From: Macrostomum hystrix
Taxonomy: Eukaryota > Animalia > Platyhelminthes
Assembly (NCBI GenBank): GCA_950097015.1
Contig: CATNEN010000039.1
Location: forward strand, 15,934,001 to 15,998,000
Length of the DNA: 64,000 nt
Reading direction: 5' to 3'
In this document: positions 53,401 through 64,000 of the stretch, one piece after another
Layout of the letters: the number at the start of each line of letters is the position of its first letter
How positions within the stretch are numbered: the first letter of the stretch is position 1
Made by a program: the position numbers and the translations under genes
The notes under the pieces: model-generated
The model's input: the letters and a program-made list of their open reading frames with translations, nothing else
Database searches by the model: none
Told to the model about the DNA's origin: nothing

Positions 53401-56400
53401 TCTAGCCGCAATTTTGCACCTTGGCAACGTGTCAATCTTGCCAGGTGAGTCAACTGAGTCGTCCACAATAGCTGCAACAGATCCGGGCCTCAGTGTCGCA
53501 TGCGATTTGTTGAAAATCGATCAGGAACAGTTGCGCACCTGGTTAGTTCATCGCCGCATTGTCACCGTTGGAGAACAGTTAATTAAGCCATTCACGGTGG
53601 ACGAAGCGGTGAATGCTCGCGACGCGATGGCAAAGTTTATGTACGCCTGCGTTTTTCACTGGCTGGTGGCTCTGATCAATAAGTCTCTGGAGCGGCGATC
53701 ACTGCCAACCCAGCAGCAGCGGGCGGCCGAATTAAGCCCTTGTCTGCCTTTCGTTGGCATCTTGGATATTTACGGATTCGAAATCTTTCAGGTAGCTGGC
53801 TTTCATGTGCTATACTCAATTTGACAGCTGTGTGCGAGTCAAGGAGGAGATCTGACAGCCGGATTGGGCCAGTGGGTCAGATTGACAGATGAGAGATGAG
53901 ACGAGAGAGATGAGACAGGGGAGAGAAGAGACAGGGGAGAGATCGGACAGGAGAGATATGAGACACGGGGGGAGATGAGACAAGAGAGAGAGATGAGACT
54001 GGGGAGAGATAAGACAGGAGAGAGAGAGATGAGACAGGGGAGAGAGGAGACAGGGGAGAGATGAGACGAGAGAGATGAGACAGGGGAGAGATGAAACAGG
54101 GGAGAGATGAGACAGGGGAGAGATGAGACAGGGGAGAGATGAGACTGGGAAGAGAGATGAGACTGGGGAGAGAGATGAGACAGGAGAGAGATGAGACTGG
54201 GAAGAGAGATGAGACTGGGTAGAGATAAGACTGGGGAGAGAGATAAGACAGGAGAGAGATGAGACAGGAGAGAGATGAGACACGGGAGAGATGAGACAGG
54301 AGAGAGAGGAGACAGGGGAGAGACGAAACTGGGGAAAGATGAGACAGGGGAGAGATGAGACTGGGAAGAGAGATGAGACTGGGTAGAGATAAGACTGGGG
54401 AGAGAGATGATACACGGAAGAGATGATACACGGGAGAGATGAGACAGGAGAGAAAGGAGACAGGGGAGACATGAGACGAGGGAGAGATGAGACAGGAGAG
54501 AGATGAGACAGGGAGAGATAAGACACGGGCAGGACACACTGAAGAGATAATACAGGGAAGAGATAAGACATATATATTCTCGCTCAATTTAAAATATCAT
54601 CGCGGTGTTGCGAGTATAATATAACGAATAACGAAAGAAAATAACGCATCAAAAATCTTTCAAAACCATCAGGTGAACAGCTTTGAGCAGTTCTGCATCA
54701 ACTACGCCAATGAGAAGCTTCAGCAGCAGTTCAACATTCACGTCTTCAAGCTGGAACAGCAGATCTACGTAGCCGAAGAAATCGATTGGTCGTTTATTGA
54801 TTTCACCGACAACCAGCCCTGCATTGAGCTGATTGAAGCCAAGCTAGGCATCCTGGATCTACTTGACGAAGAGTGCAAGATGGTTCGCGGTTCAGATTCG
54901 AATTGGTTACAGAAAATGCAGAAGACCTTGTCAAAATCTGGTCACTACGACACGCCCAAAATTGGCAGCCGCGACTGTTTCATAGTGCGCCACTTTGCCG
55001 AGCCGGTCGCCTACACCGTGCACGGCTTCTTAGAAAAGAACCGCGACGCCGTGTACGAGGACCTGCTGTCCATTGTGCGCGCCTCCGAGGTCGACTTCTT
55101 TAGTCGCCTGTTCTCCGGCGGCGGCGGGGTACCCGACGTTGGCGGCGGCGCTGGCAATCGCGGCAGGGCGACGTCGAATCCTGGGGCCTTCTTCAAGGAC
55201 ATTGCGCCCACAGGTCGAAGCACCCAGCAGCAGCAGCAGCAGCAGCAGAAGTTCAGTCGTCAGACGGTGGCTAGCCAGTTCAAGCAGTCTCTAACAGACC
55301 TGATGGACACTCTCTCCAAGACCAATCCGCATTTTATTCGCTGCATCAAGCCAAACGACGCTAAAGCCGCATTCGATTTGGACAGTCGTCGAGCTGTTGA
55401 ACAGCTGCGCGCCTGCGGCGTCTTGGAAACTGTCCGCATCAGCGCCGCCGGGTTTCCGTCGCGCTGGGGCTACGAAGAGTTCTACCAGAGGTACCGGATG
55501 CTGCAACGGCAGAGGCTGACGGCGACCGCCAAGACTGCCCCGACAGCTGCAGCCGCTCAGCTGAAGTCAGCGTGCGTGGCGATTCTTGAGGTGAGTTGGA
55601 ATCGCTTTCAGTGATGAGAACAGGATCGTTTGTTATGTTCCGTTTAAAGGAAAATAACATGAAAGAATTTCACTTTTTACTGGTAATCTTTTCGGATTTT
55701 AACGGCAAGATCGTTAAAAAATATTCCGCTAATCACAAAGTTAAAAAAGTCAAGCTCTTTAAGTTGATCGGAAATGTATTAAGGAAATTATTGTTACTTT
55801 GTGACAGCATCGTTTAAATATGTCCAGATAGCATTAAGTCGTTACACGTATAGCAAAAAACGTTTAAAATATGTAGTCTTTAACAATTTTGGGTGTTTTT
55901 GTTGTTTCACAGTATAACAATAAGTCGTTCTTTTTGCTCAATCGTTAAAAATATCGTTAAAAAATAAGAATTCCAAAAATTTTTCCGGCTTAGTTCACAA
56001 AATTTGTTTATCTCAACATTCTTAGAAATGTAAGCAAACTCGTGGATTCGACTATGTTAAACATTTCTCCTTCAAGTTATCGAGAAAATCGATAAGTTTT
56101 CATTTTAACAGGCAATCGATACATGAAGTAAAAAATATTCACTTTCATTACATTAAACTAGCTTGGCAACATTTAAAAGTACAATCGGAAAGTTACGAGC
56201 GTAGAACTGCTTGGAAAACAATATTTTCTGTTGCTTTCTTTTAAATCAACCATAGCTGCCACACTGCACGCTCTGGTGTCTCGAGACATGCCATTTGTCT
56301 GTCCCTCTTTAACAATATCTCACTAAGTTTGTATATATCTCTGTGTAATGAGGTGCGGTTAGAAACCTTATCAGCCTTCTAATGTTTTCCGTTATTTGTG

Positions 56401-59400
56401 TTTTTTAGCCACATGTACACATATGCGGGTCTGACGGGGCGGGCCTTAAGACTGAGGTTTATATTAACTGCCGGATAGTTACTAACTGAGTTATACAGTA
56501 TAGATTTCAGTTTCTAAAAATAGAATCAAGCTATTGTTACTATATTGACCTATATACTACTTATGCTAGTAAATAGTAGTGAAATTCTATAGAATTTACA
56601 ATAATTCTCCATTTGGTGGGACTCTAGACCTGCATATAGCGAGGAAGCAATTTCGCTGACTCCTGAGCACACACGCACACAGGTGTGTACATCTGCCCTG
56701 ACTTTCTCATCGTCAGGCAGTGTACACTCTCACTGTGCCTTGGATAGGCCTCCAAGCCTTCTCTCCGCAGCGGCGCACCAAATGAATCGAGCTCAGGACC
56801 TTCGTGCGAGAAACAAACGTGTTTAACCCACCAATAGAATTATGGAGCCCAGGGTCGAGAGTTCGAATCTCAAATCATGGAAACAATTCATATTACTCTG
56901 CAGTCATTTGCCATTGTTCATACCCTAATTCCCAGTCGAGCATTCGCGACCAGAATCTGTACCGCTGCGGTCGGACTAGAATCTTTTTCCGAGCCGGTCA
57001 GGTGGCTTACATGGAGCGCCTGAGAAGTCAACTGCTCAACTGGGCCTGCGTCACCGTACAGAGGCGCTACCGAGGCTGGGTGCAGCGAAGGCGCTATGCA
57101 GCCATTCGGGTGGCAGTATTGCTAACTCAGGTGAGTTTATCATAGTTACTTTAACATTTGAAAGACAACGCGGACTGCCCTACTTCACGATAGATTCCAA
57201 ACCGAATCACCGATTTTTGGTGAAAGTCCAACATATGGATCACAATTTTCCTTTGTTTTTTTTGGACAAAACATTTCTCTGTATAAACCTCATTGGCGAA
57301 TCCATATTGGTTCAAAAGTGCATTAACAGTAGGACTAGCAAGCCATTTTGCCGCCCGTTTTTGGGGGGTGACTGTGAAACAGTGAAATTAGAGAAATTCG
57401 CGTCAGGTGTCCATAGTGGCCTAGTTCCACCTGTTGTAGCCCTTGAAGGTCTAGATAGATAAGATAGATAGATCTAGATAAAGGTCGGTGACCTCCGAAG
57501 TCGGAGATGATGCAGGCACATTCGGGTGACATGCTGATAAAGTTTAAAGGTATGGAAAGGCCGCACTGAGGCGCAGTGCAAATTCGTGTATAGGGGTGTA
57601 TGAAATACACTAGCTCTTATGGGAAAAATCGGACCTTCGGCCAGAAACATTGAATATCTCGACGGTCTGAAGAGCTGGCGACTTGTTGGTCCGTGTTCTT
57701 GAGTTTCGTGTGCTTGCATTGTTCCGTTCGGGTGCAGCAAAAAAATTGTCGGGGGGGGGGAATTCCCCCCTTGGTAGTTCTACTGTTAAATGATAAAATT
57801 TTGTGAGCAAAATAATATGCCTATCTTAGTGGTTCTTGCCACCAGGCAGACAATAATCGTTAAATATCTTGACGATGCCGATGTGTTGTGATTATGGAAG
57901 TTGTTTCATCTAAAAAATTTAATAAATTGCCCGGATTTTGGATTTCCATGCCGAATGGTTGTATATTTTTGGCAAAGGTTGAGAGTTCGATTCCTGACTC
58001 TATTGAAACAATTAGTATCCTATGGAAAGGTCATTAGCTTTCCGTTGCATCAGTTCAACCAGCTGTAGAAATGGATGCCAGCATTGGCTGGGGTAATTGG
58101 GGTGGGTGTGACGTCTCCCCAGTCCATGGACTGGTAGCTGCAGCCGTGCATGTACACAGTTTTTTTACAATTGAGCATATTTAACACAGGCGCGTGCTCG
58201 AGGAATCCTGGCGCGTCGTCGGGCCGCCAAGCTGAGACGCGGACGAGCCGCCCTCCAGCTCCAGACATGGTGGCGCGGAGCGCGCGCCAGGCGCCGATTC
58301 CTGCGCGCTCGCGCAGCCGCGGTCACGCTGCAGTCGGCCTGGCGCCGCCTGTCGGCCCGTCGGACATTCCTGGCAATGCGAGCCGAGCAGATGGTGCTGG
58401 ATCTGCAGAGCAGGATTCGCGGCTATTTGGTTCGACGCCGGATCGCTCGGATGGTTCGGGGCGTCACCCTCCTGCAGAGTCACTTCCGGCGTAGACGTGC
58501 CAAGCGGCAGTTGTTGCAGTTGCGCGCCGAAGCCAGGGATGTGGCCAACCTGAAAAACAAGAACTTCGGTTTGGAGAATCGGCTGATTGAACTGCATCAG
58601 CGACTCGATGCGCAGAACGCTGAGCTAGAAGCTGGCAAAGCTAAGGAGCGACAACTGGCGGTGAGTGACAGGTGCAACCTGTTGATCAGTGGGACTGAGG
58701 AATTTGAAGGACTGAGGAACTGAAGAATCAGAGGAGGGACTGAAGAATCAGAGGAGGGACTGAAGAATCAGCGGAGGGACTGAAGAATCAGATGTAGGAC
58801 TGAAGAATCAGCGGAGGGACTGAAGAATCAGAGGTGAGACTGAAGAATCAGAGGTGAGACTGAAGAATCAGAGGTAGGACTGAAGAATCAGAGGTAGGAC
58901 TGAAGAATCAGAGGTAGGACTGAAGAATCAGAGGTAGGACTGAAGAATCAGAGGAGGAACCGAAGAATCAGAGGAGGAACTGAAGAATCAGAGGAGGAAC
59001 TGAAGAATCAGAGTAGGAACTGAAGAATCAGAAGAGGAACTGAAGAATCAGAGGAGGAACTGAAGAATCAGAGGAGGAACCGAAGAATCAGAGGAGGAAC
59101 TGAAGAATCAGAGGAGGAACTGAAGAATCTGAAGAATCAGAGGAGGAACCGAAGAATCAGAGGAGGAACTGAAGAATCAGAGGAGGAACCGAAGAATCAG
59201 AGGTAGGACTGAAGAATCAGAGGAGGAACCGAAGAATCAGAGGAGGAACTGAAGAATCAGAGGAGGAACTGAAGAATCAGAGGAGGAACTGAAGAATCAG
59301 AGGAGGAACTGAAGAATCAGAGGAGGAACTGAAGAATCAGAGGAGGGACTGAAGAATCAGAGGAGGGACTGAAGAATCAGAGGAGGGACTGAAGAATCAG

Positions 59401-62400
59401 AAGAGGAACTGAAGAATCAGAGGAGGAACTGAAGAATCAGAGGAGGAACCGAAGAATCAGAGGTGGGACTGAAGAATCAGAGGAGGAACTGAAGAATCAG
59501 AGGAGGGACTGAAGAATCAGAGGAAAGTAAAATCTAAAATCTATTTCTCTTTGCTGCAGTGTCACAAAATCGAAAGAATACAATTTCACTGGAATTCGTA
59601 GGAGCTTGAACGCCAACTGGCCGAAGCAGCAGCGCGGGAGCAGCGCCTTGCTGCTGAACGTCGCGAAGCCGAAGCCGCTGCCGCTCAACTGCGCGCTGCC
59701 ACCGCGGCCACCGCGGAGGAACTCACAGCGACTCAGCTGGCTGCCAGACAGCAGTTGGAGGCCTCTATGTCAACTGAGCGAGAACAGTACGAATCAGAGT
59801 TGGCCAGGCTGAAAGAAAACTGCTTGGAGCAGCAAGCTCGCATTGCCCAGTTAGAGGGTCAGCTGCGTACAACCAAGGATCGCCTGGCGGAGGCTGAAGC
59901 CGACGGTGCCTCCTACATGAAGCTGATGGAGAACTATGATAAGCTGCAGAATCGATACGACAATCTGTCCCGGCAATACGCCTTCGTGGTTTCACATCAG
60001 CCAGAGGGTGAGCTTGGAGGGTGTCACTATTATTCGAATTAGGATACTTGTCCGGTGGGGGGTCGGTGGCAGAGCGGTTAACGCGTTTGCCTTTCGCACC
60101 ACGGTACCTAAATTCGATTCCACGGCTTAGTTCGACAATGAGAAAGTCACGGCAGATGTACACACCTGTGTGAGTGTGTGCCTGCGTACAGTATCCGTGT
60201 GCGTGTGTGCTCAGGAGTCAGCGAAATGGGCAGAATTGCCTCCTCGCTGGCCGCGGGTCTAGTGTCACTAAATAATGTGCAATTGCCCGCAGCCCTCCTG
60301 CAATAATCATTATTATTATTATTATTATTACTTGCCCGGTAGCCCTTTGGTATCGAACGAGCTAACAGATATTCTCAGGCCTGAAAGCGTCGGAGAGGTC
60401 CGGGCTTGGTCCCAGCTAGGTATAAGGGCCAGAAACAGGAACGATATCGTTGAGATATTCAACGATTTTCGTCGAGATATCTGGTGGCAACAGACTACCA
60501 ATATACGCCTATTTTTCTGATCACAAAAGTTAATTTTTTCATTTTTGAACGCGATAAATAAATTGAAAATGTAACGCGATGTCGAACCCTGGTGAATAGT
60601 GGTTGCTTCATCTTACTTACCCCATGATCCTTTCATGGTCTTTCTGCTTCTCCACCAATTGGATGTTGTCGAGTTGGTTTATTTCAAATTTATTTTAAAC
60701 ATAACAATCCTTCAGACGCAAGCAACATGGACACAGCAGACGGCGCTGGTACCGATGGTAGCGGCGAAGGCGGCGGCGGTCGCGGTGGCCCGATCTTACA
60801 GAGGCCGCGCTCCCGCACCGACGGAGGCGGCGCAGACGCTGCTGCGGCAGCTGGCGGTCCCGTGTCGCTGCTGCTGCAGCTTCAGAAGCGGCTGTCGGCC
60901 AGCGAGCAGGCCAGGCGCAATCTGCAGCGCCAGCTGGACAAGGCGATTGAGCAGCAGGCTGGCAAAGGGCGCGGCGGCATGCTGAAGGATCGAGCTATTG
61001 AGCAGAGCTACATAAAAAAACTGGAGCAGGTATGTGCCTTGCGAGTGAAATTGTATTTTCGCTGATGGAATAATGGATGACGTTACTAGGGGTTATAGCC
61101 CCAGAGGTTAGTGCGTCGAACTCACGACTTAAAGGTCGTGGGTTCGATTCCATACTGCACTGAAATAGTTTGCATACCTTAACTACACTTAGACACTTAA
61201 CTATATGCATTGCTTCAGTTCACCCAGCTGGTAAATGGGTACCATTGAGGGTGGGTGTGGCGTCCCCCCAGTCCATGGACTGAACAGCCGTACGCTGCGT
61301 TCAAGGGTGCGCTGTCTCTGTGCACACCGATATTTGAAGGCCTATATTAATAATATTATTATTAATAATTGCAGAAGGGCAGCAGGCAATGGCGCATCAT
61401 TTAGTGACACTAGACCCGCAGCCAGCGAGGTGGCAATTCTGCACATTTCGCTGACTCCTGAGCACACGCGCACACAGATACTGTACGCAGGCATATGCTC
61501 GCACAGGTGTGTACATCTGCCCTGACTTTCTCATTGTCAGGCAGTGTACACTTTACTGTGCCTTGGAGATTGGCCCCTTAAGGGCGTAAACTGCACGACA
61601 AGCCCCCAAGCCTTCCCTCCGCGGCTGCGCCCGAAATGAATGTGGCGCCGCCTCCGAATCGAGCTCAAGGACCTGTTGCGAGAGGCAAACGCGTTAACCA
61701 CTCTACAGCTCACCCCTAAACTCAGACCAAATGTGATATCTAGCACTTAGCTGATAGTTTGAATCTGCGTTACTCGCCACGGCCCACCACCCACTTGCCT
61801 CCTACTTCTCCAGGAGCTCAGGACACTTCAGTCAGCCGCTTTGAAAGGCGTTGGCGGCAAGGAGGCAGTCATGCAACAGCTTGATAGTCTCCGTCAAGAG
61901 CTAGAAGTTCGCCGCGAGGACTGCCTGCGCCTGAAAGCTGCCGTCGGCGATAAAATGGTCAACGAACGCTACGGTGGAAATTCTGAGCTACTCAATGAAG
62001 ACGGCGAACTTGAGACAGCGTACCAGACTCTTCAGCAGGTGAATCGACGACTGCAAAACGAACTGGACGAACTGACGGAGAAGCTGAATAACAAGTCTCG
62101 GACAATTGATCAGCTGGAGAGTGACAAGGGCAGGCAGCACAAACTTCTGACCCAGATGAATTCATTGTTGAACTCACCTTCATTGGATAGTACCGACTCT
62201 GTTGTGAAGTTTGAGATGCAGCGTATTTTGGCGGAGAATCTGGTGAGTGAAATGCTACAATATCTAAAATAATTTGCTTCTAGAGACGAAAGCCTGATAG
62301 ATAAAAATGAAAACCGGTTAGATAATAACGAAAACCTGTTAGATAAAGTCGAAAACCTGATAGATAAAAACGAAAACCTGTTAGATGGAGACAAAAACCT

Positions 62401-63516
62401 GTTCGATAATAACGAAAACCTGTTAGATAATGACGAATACCTGTTACATAAAAACGAAAACCTGTTAGATAGAGAAAAAAACCTGTTAGATAATGACGAA
62501 GACCTGTTAGATAATGACGAAAACCTGTTAGATAAAGATGAAGACCTGATAGATAAAGACGAAAATCTGTTAGTTGGAGACGTCGACCCAAACTTTGCAA
62601 AACTGCAGGAATTGCGAGCCGAGAATGAACGATTCGAATCGGAATACAAGAGACTGCAGCGGCACAACAACAATCTGGCCTTGAACGAGACCGACCACCA
62701 GGCCCTGATCCCGGTGCCCAGTCAGGAGAAGGCCGCCGAGCTTGCCCGCTCCGTACTGAAACTGGAAGAGCCGAACAATGCTGCCTATCTGATCTTCTGC
62801 GCTATCCGCTGGTGCGACATTAATAAACAGGATAAAATAGTTGAGCACCTGCTCAGCCAGACGGCGGCCGCCTGGCGCGATTATTGCAAGGTGAATTTAA
62901 TTTATTTCTGTCTTCTTGAAACCTATGGAAATTCCCCATAGCAACAAGTTTCAAAGTGGGTTGTAGCCTAGTAGTTAGAGCGTTGGAATCACGACTTGAA
63001 GATCGGGGGTTCGATTCCCAAATCCACTGAAATAATTTGTGTACATTAGCAAGGAACTGTCGGCTGCACATCTTGCCCAATGGGGCAAGTGTTATAAATT
63101 ATGTTTAAAAAAAGCCGTTCCCTTCCGTTGGTTGTCAGCAATCCTCGGACATCAATGGCCAGCTGCTAGTCCTGTCAAACTGTCATCGCCTGATAAACCT
63201 GCTCCGTCAATACGGCGGCATTGGACAGTACTCGGCCGAAAACACCGAAGACGAGCGTGAGCTTCAACTGCGCCGATTCGATCTGGAAGAATTTCAAACG
63301 ACATTTCACGAGCTGAGCCTGTGGTGCTATCAGCAGATTTGCATGGCCATGCAGCGCAGTCTGCCAGCTCCGACTCTGGTGCTGGGCTTGTTGGAGTACG
63401 ACGCTATTCCCGGCCTGCCAACGGTGCTGAAGAAGCGCCCGGATCAAGCCAAGTGTCACGCCGCTTTCGATGCCATCAGCTCGCGTTGCTGCGAGTTGGT
63501 GCGCTGCGCTAGACAG
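47480..63516 (+). CDS. MYO5: Unconventional myosin V, incomplete at 3' end. Exons 47480-47506, 48166-48276, 48391-48594, 49070-49418, 51293-51604, 53364-53791, 54673-55590, 56936-57130, 58190-58660, 59602-60007, 60716-61029, 61814-62242, 62609-62890, 63139-63516
   Basis: ELYSK..RVW start, [19 protein letters not shown]-loop, NDNSSRFGK switch I, DIYGFE switch [24 protein letters not shown], about six IQ motifs, coiled coil, and the start of the globular tail ([14 protein letters not shown]). All junctions are GT-AG and phase-compatible. Confidence 0.95.
48648..49004 (+). mobile_element. MITE family A in myosin intron 3
   Basis: TTAA|TAGTAGAACT...AGTCCTACTG|TTAA. Confidence 0.88.
49480..51180. 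repeat. 20-bp minisatellite (gactgaagaatcagaggagg), myosin intron 4
   Basis: About 85 units. Confidence 0.97.
51688..53265. repeat. 26-bp minisatellite (aaaccaagcacacctgtaatgtgttc), myosin intron 5
   Basis: About 60 units. Confidence 0.97.
53885..54570. repeat. Purine-rich 15-17-bp degenerate repeat (gagagatgagacagg), myosin intron 6
   Basis: Low-complexity tandem array. The overlapping minus-strand ORFs are artefacts. Confidence 0.93.
56600..56835 (-). mobile_element. SINE family 2
   Basis: Colinear with 61348-61712, including the tRNA-like head (gaatcgagctc..aacg..ttaacc). Confidence 0.8.
57155..57975 (+). mobile_element. MITE family B interrupted by a family A insertion
   Basis: Family B similarity on both sides of 57327-57785. 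Confidence 0.72.
57327..57785 (-). mobile_element. MITE family A in myosin intron 8
   Basis: TTAA|CAGTAGGACT...AGTTCTACTG|TTAA; reverse complement of the 48648 copy. Confidence 0.9.
57975..58150 (+). mobile_element. SINE family 1, 5'-truncated
   Basis: gttcgattcctgactc..cagctgtagaaatgg..gggtgtgacgtctccccagtccatggactg. Confidence 0.7.
58690..59522. repeat. 20-bp minisatellite, same unit as 49480-51180, myosin intron 9
   Basis: About 40 units of (g/a)actgaagaatcagaggagg. Confidence 0.97.
60056..60330 (+). mobile_element. SINE family 2
   Basis: tRNA-like head (ggtggcagagcggttaacgcg..ttcgattcc), body and (ATT)n tail. Confidence 0.82.
61090..61335 (+). mobile_element. SINE family 1
   Basis: A/B-box head plus cacttaac..ttgcttcagttcacccagctggtaaatgggtacc central block. 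Confidence 0.82.
61348..61712 (-). mobile_element. SINE family 2, longest copy
   Basis: Reverse complement of 60056-60330 with an extra ~90-bp internal segment. Confidence 0.82.
62285..62572. repeat. 21-bp minisatellite (gaaaacctgttagataatgac), myosin intron 12
   Basis: About 14 degenerate units. Confidence 0.92.
62958..63098 (+). mobile_element. SINE family 1, internally deleted (head fused to tail)
   Basis: tRNA-like head, then ggctgcacatc..cccaat.gggca.gtgt tail as at 7187-7220. Confidence 0.68.
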
Positions 63517-63544
63517 GTGAGTTCAGTTGAGCCTTTGTTTGTCT

Positions 63545-63872
63545 GGATGGTCTGATTGGTCTAGATTCTGATTGGTCTAGATTCTGATTGGTCTAGATTC
63601 TGATTGGTCTAGATTCTGATTGGTCTAGATTCTGAATGGTCTAGACTCTGATTGGTCTAGATTCTGATTGGTCTAGATTCTGATTGGTCTAGATTCTGAT
63701 TGGTCTAGGTTCTGATTGCTCTAGTTTCTGATGGGTCTAGATTCTGATTGGTCTAGATTCTGATTGGTCTAGATTCTGATTGGTCTAGATTCTGATTGGT
63801 CTAGATTCTGATTGTTCTAGGTTCTGATTTGTCTAGGTTCTGATTGCTCTAGTTTCTGATGGGTCTAGATTC
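63545..63872. repeat. 16-bp minisatellite (tctgattggtctagat), myosin intron 14
   Basis: About 20 units starting about 30 bp after the donor. Confidence 0.95.
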
Positions 63873-64000
63873 TCTTCAGTCTAGATTTTTATTGTTATGG
63901 TATCTGACCGGTTTTGGTTTTGTTTGAAAAAGCGTCTGATTGGTCTAGTTTCTGGTTAGTCTGTCAGTTATCATGGTGGTACAGTTGGACTATAATAATG

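Noticed and set aside
59560-59601. Alternative acceptor at 59559 for myosin exon 10
   Set aside because: It introduces an in-frame TAG at 59599-59601; the acceptor at 59601 keeps the frame.
61090-61160. tRNA genes at SINE heads (6970, 60056, 61090, 62958)
   Set aside because: Acceptor stems do not close and each continues into a shared SINE body.

Overview
Eukaryotic (animal) genomic DNA with GT-AG introns, GC-rich exons, AT-rich introns full of 16-44 bp minisatellites, and many transposon remnants. The style suggests a free-living flatworm such as Macrostomum (inference only). Genes in order: the last five exons of an alpha-N-acetylglucosaminidase (NAGLU-like, +); alpha-tubulin (-); a PAN/apple + C-type-lectin pseudogene; a VWDE-like type I membrane protein with a 3-kb first exon (+); a secreted TULIP/Der p 7-like protein (+); an orphan two-TM poly-Q protein (+); a PRL/PTP4A phosphatase (-); and, head-to-head with it, myosin V (+, 14 exons, running off the right edge). 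Mobile DNA includes an internally deleted Helitron with a nested hAT MITE, Harbinger, LINE and RTE relics, a solo LTR, a Penelope-like insertion carrying two minimal hammerhead ribozymes, hAT and MULE-like MITEs, two MITE families with CAGTAG termini and mostly TTAA flanks, and two tRNA-derived SINE families. The most interesting signals are the Penelope hammerhead pair, an intron-spanning uORF in the PRL leader, inverted repeat pairs bracketing myosin V exons, and a sharply CpG-depleted domain with no gene I can identify. Most short ORFs in the track are antisense shadows or repeat translations.
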